Source of the DNA: an uncultured Rhizobium sp.
GTDB lineage: Bacteria; Pseudomonadota; Alphaproteobacteria; Rickettsiales; UBA1997
Reading direction: 5' to 3'
Assembly (NCBI GenBank): GCA_964447395.1
Contig: CAYUSO010000006.1
Span: 10,154-74,153, forward strand
DNA: 64,000 nucleotides
The notes under the pieces: model-generated
Told to the model about the DNA's origin: nothing
The model's input: only the letters and a program-made list of their open reading frames with translations
Databases searched by the model: none
Shown: positions 61,463-64,000 of the stretch, piece after piece
Layout: every line of letters starts with the position of its first letter
Position numbering within the stretch: the first letter of the stretch is position 1
Made by a program: the position numbers and the translations under genes

Positions 61463-62905
61463 TTACTCCGTCGGAATAATTTTTTTAATCTCCTCGCGCA
61501 CAATTTTTTCCACCACTTGCGCAAGATTTTCATTCAACCACTTTTCCAATTTCGGCTCCATCAATTGTGTTGCCAAATCTTGCAGCGCTGGGCTTTGCGA
61601 GAAAGATGAAATTCCCGCCACAACATTTTTCGCATCAATTAATTTTTTGATAGATTGAGTGGTTTGCATCACGGTTTCTTGATTCATCAGAGTTGTATCT
61701 TCTTTTGCTGAAACTGGCTGCGCTGGCATTTGTTGAACAGATTTAGACTCTTCTTTTGTGAATAAAAGCTCTTCGGGTTTTTTGTTGATAATTGGCAATA
61801 GAGGCTCTGGCGCTGGTCCGGAATTTTGTTGATCACGCGGCGTCGAAGGCTTGAAACCCATCAATTCTTTTTCAAACTCCAAATCAATTTCTTGATGAAT
61901 AGTCGAAGATTGCGCTGATTTTTTCTCTGAGTCCTGTTTCCTTTTTTCTTCAATTTGCTTCTCTAAAGCATCCAAATCAAATTCATCCTCATCCTTTTCA
62001 TTTGTTGATGAGACCTCTGTTTTAGTAGGTTCAGACTTGATTTGATTCTTTTGCAAATCGTCAAAATTGAAATCTTCCATCGGTTTTTCCGTCGTCGGAG
62101 TTGTCGTCGCAACTTGTAAATCTGGATGAGTTTCTTCTTCGAAAGAATTAACTTCCGGCTTTTCTGCTGTTGATTCCACTTCAGCATCTTCATCTTCAGG
62201 GAAACTTAAAATATCATCCTCTGGCAGTTCGTGATGCTCTTCAGCAACTACTTCTGCGTTGGAGTCGGAAGCATATTCCTCTTCAGCAAAATCTACTTCG
62301 CCCTCATAATCTTCGAGGTCTTCCTCGACAAATTCTTCGCGATTTTCTTCTGTTTTAGGTGCTGACTCAGTCTGAGTTGGAGCTGTATTTGACAAGGATA
62401 GCTGATTGGTTTCTAAACCAAGAGGATCTTCAGAATTTGGTTGAGATGCCGGAGTTGGCGCAGCTTCAACAGCAGGAATGGCATTAATTTCTGGCGCAAC
62501 AGGCGAAGGTTTTTTTGCGGCGCTTTCGTCATCCAAATCCAAATCATCGAGATTAAAATCATCTAATTTATTTTCGGTTGCAGCTGGTTGAGTTTGTGGC
62601 GCTTCATCCTTTGCAGCAGGGGCTGCAGCAGATTGAATTGAATCGTCAAGGCCAAGACTATCTTCAAAATTTGGCATTGATTTTTCGGAAGTTTTTTCGG
62701 CGATTTTCGTTTCGAGTTTTTCTTCAGATTTGATTTCCGTTTTAACTTCCGTTGCGGCTGCAGCGTTATCTTTCTTGGCTGGAGCAATGTATTCAAACTC
62801 ATCAACCACTTCAGAAATTTTTGAATTTTTTTCTGATTTCTGATCAAACTTATGTAGTTTTTTCTTGATAGTTTCTAAAATCGAATGAGTATTTTTTTCT
62901 GCCAT
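61463..62905 (-). CDS. acidic low-complexity protein with C-terminal DUF2497 (PopZ-like polar organiser)
   Basis: 480 aa and very Asp/Glu/Pro-rich. The C-terminal LATQLMEPKLEKWLNENLAQVVEKIVREEIKKI matches the DUF2497/PopZ oligomerisation tail (..l.p.Lk.WLd.nLp.lVe..Vr.EI.r). Confidence 0.7.
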   Translation of the reverse strand: MAEKNTHSILETIKKKLHKFDQKSEKNSKISEVVDEFEYIAPAKKDNAAAATEVKTEIKSEEKLETKIAEKTSEKSMPNFEDSLGLDDSIQSAAAPAAKDEAPQTQPAATENKLDDFNLDDLDLDDESAAKKPSPVAPEINAIPAVEAAPTPASQPNSEDPLGLETNQLSLSNTAPTQTESAPKTEENREEFVEEDLEDYEGEVDFAEEEYASDSNAEVVAEEHHELPEDDILSFPEDEDAEVESTAEKPEVNSFEEETHPDLQVATTTPTTEKPMEDFNFDDLQKNQIKSEPTKTEVSSTNEKDEDEFDLDALEKQIEEKRKQDSEKKSAQSSTIHQEIDLEFEKELMGFKPSTPRDQQNSGPAPEPLLPIINKKPEELLFTKEESKSVQQMPAQPVSAKEDTTLMNQETVMQTTQSIKKLIDAKNVVAGISSFSQSPALQDLATQLMEPKLEKWLNENLAQVVEKIVREEIKKIIPTE

Positions 62906-63006
62906 GATAAGTCTGGGGATCGTTGATTTTATTGGTCTGAGAGCTGATTTATTCTTCTAGAAATTCGTAGCAATTTTTTTTACCAATTCCAAAAACACAA
63001 GCAAGA

Positions 63007-64000
63007 ATGAAGAAAAATTATTATTCGATTATAGCCTGGATTTTTATCGGAATTCTTGGCGCTTCGTCAATTGCAGGAATTGCTCTGATTCGCGGCGAAA
63101 AAATTTCCTCGCTGTGGTTTTTATGCGCCTGCATTTGCACGCAGCTCATCGCTTATCGTTTTTATTCCGCCTGGATCGCAGCAAAAATTTTATGCGTTGA
63201 TGGTCGTCGCGCCACGCCAGCAAGGCGTATCGACGATGGCAAAGATTTCGTGCCAACCAATCGCTGGATTGTTTTCGGACATCACTTCGCCGCTATCGCC
63301 GGCCCTGGCCCGCTCATCGGCCCAACTCTCGCAGCGCAATTTGGTTATCTTCCCGGAACCTTATGGATATTGATCGGATCGGTCTTGGCTGGCGCAGTAC
63401 AAGACATGATAATTTTATTTTCTTCGATGAGGCGCGACGGAAAATCACTCGGCCAAATCATCAAAGATGAACTCGGAAATGTCGCTGGCTACGCAGCGCT
63501 CATCGGCACTCTTGCCATTATCATAATTTTAATTTCCGTTCTTGGATTGGTTGTGGTGAAGGCCTTGATGCACAGCCCGTGGGGTTCTTTCACGGTTTTG
63601 ATGACGATTCCAATTGCGATGTTGATCGGAATTTATCTTTATTTCATTCGTCCCAGCGGCGTTTTGGAGGCGAGTATCGTCGGCATAATTTTATTTTTAC
63701 TCGCGGTTTACGGCGGAAAAATAATTCACTATGACGAAAAACTCGCACTGCTTTTTGATCGTGATGCAAAATTTTTAGCCTTCGCGATTATGTTTTACGG
63801 ATTTGCTGCAGCGACGCTTCCAGTCTGGCTTCTCCTTGCTCCGCGCGATTATCTCTCCTCATTTTTAAAACTGGGAACCATCGCACTTCTTGCCATCGCG
63901 CTTTTGATTTTCCGCCCCGAAATTCAAATGCCGGCAATCACGCAATTTGTTGATGGAAGCGGCCCGATTTTTTCGGGAAAAATTTTTCCATTTTTATTCA
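63007..64000 (+). CDS. cstA: carbon starvation protein A (peptide/pyruvate transporter); 3' end runs off the window
   Basis: Not in the ORF track because it is open to the window edge. Translation from the ATG at 63007 reads MKKNYYSIIAWIFIG...YRFYSAWIAAKILCVDGRRATPARRIDDGKDFVPTNRWIVFGHHFAAIAGPGPLIGPTLAAQFGYLPGTLWILIGSVLAGAVQDM, a close match to the CstA N-terminal consensus. Confidence 0.9.
   Translation, partial: MKKNYYSIIAWIFIGILGASSIAGIALIRGEKISSLWFLCACICTQLIAYRFYSAWIAAKILCVDGRRATPARRIDDGKDFVPTNRWIVFGHHFAAIAGPGPLIGPTLAAQFGYLPGTLWILIGSVLAGAVQDMIILFSSMRRDGKSLGQIIKDELGNVAGYAALIGTLAIIIILISVLGLVVVKALMHSPWGSFTVLMTIPIAMLIGIYLYFIRPSGVLEASIVGIILFLLAVYGGKIIHYDEKLALLFDRDAKFLAFAIMFYGFAAATLPVWLLLAPRDYLSSFLKLGTIALLAIALLIFRPEIQMPAITQFVDGSGPIFSGKIFPFLF

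Overview
AT-rich, gene-dense chromosomal segment that looks like an obligate-intracellular alphaproteobacterium (Rickettsiales/Holosporales-like). Alpha-type markers are a PopZ/DUF2497-like protein, a DUF1674/SDHAF4-like protein, a COQ9-like protein, an MPP-like M16 peptidase, zapE and an isolated nuoMN pair. They sit among core genes: maeB, uup, ppdK, mnmG, aroA, recR, proA, carA, queF, lgt, dnaA, lpxB, asd, thiD, pyrC, guaA, gpsA, acpS, ruvC, trxB, fabG, argD, cstA and ampD. I recognised no rRNA, tRNA, CRISPR array, transposase or prophage genes. The most unusual content is a dense set of small non-autonomous palindromic repeats. (A) A GC-rich family with a 24-nt core has 8 copies, two of them translated in frame inside intact uup and zapE. 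(B/C/E) Heptamer-tract palindromes occur in frame in mnmG and zapE, and also fill two divergent intergenic spacers up to the start codons. (D) A 33-nt hairpin family has full, compound, nested and half copies. mnmG and zapE each carry two unrelated in-frame insertions. Other candidates: a 1392-aa protein with an N-terminal NADAR (YbiA-like) domain embedded in a housekeeping gene run; a three-gene operon whose architecture resembles PilM/N-PilO-PilP; a lone pilT next to a secreted TPR protein; two very AT-rich, degenerate NuoN/MrpD-like membrane proteins; and an ankyrin-repeat protein. All calls rest on reading the supplied translations and the sequence by eye. No database search or computation was run.
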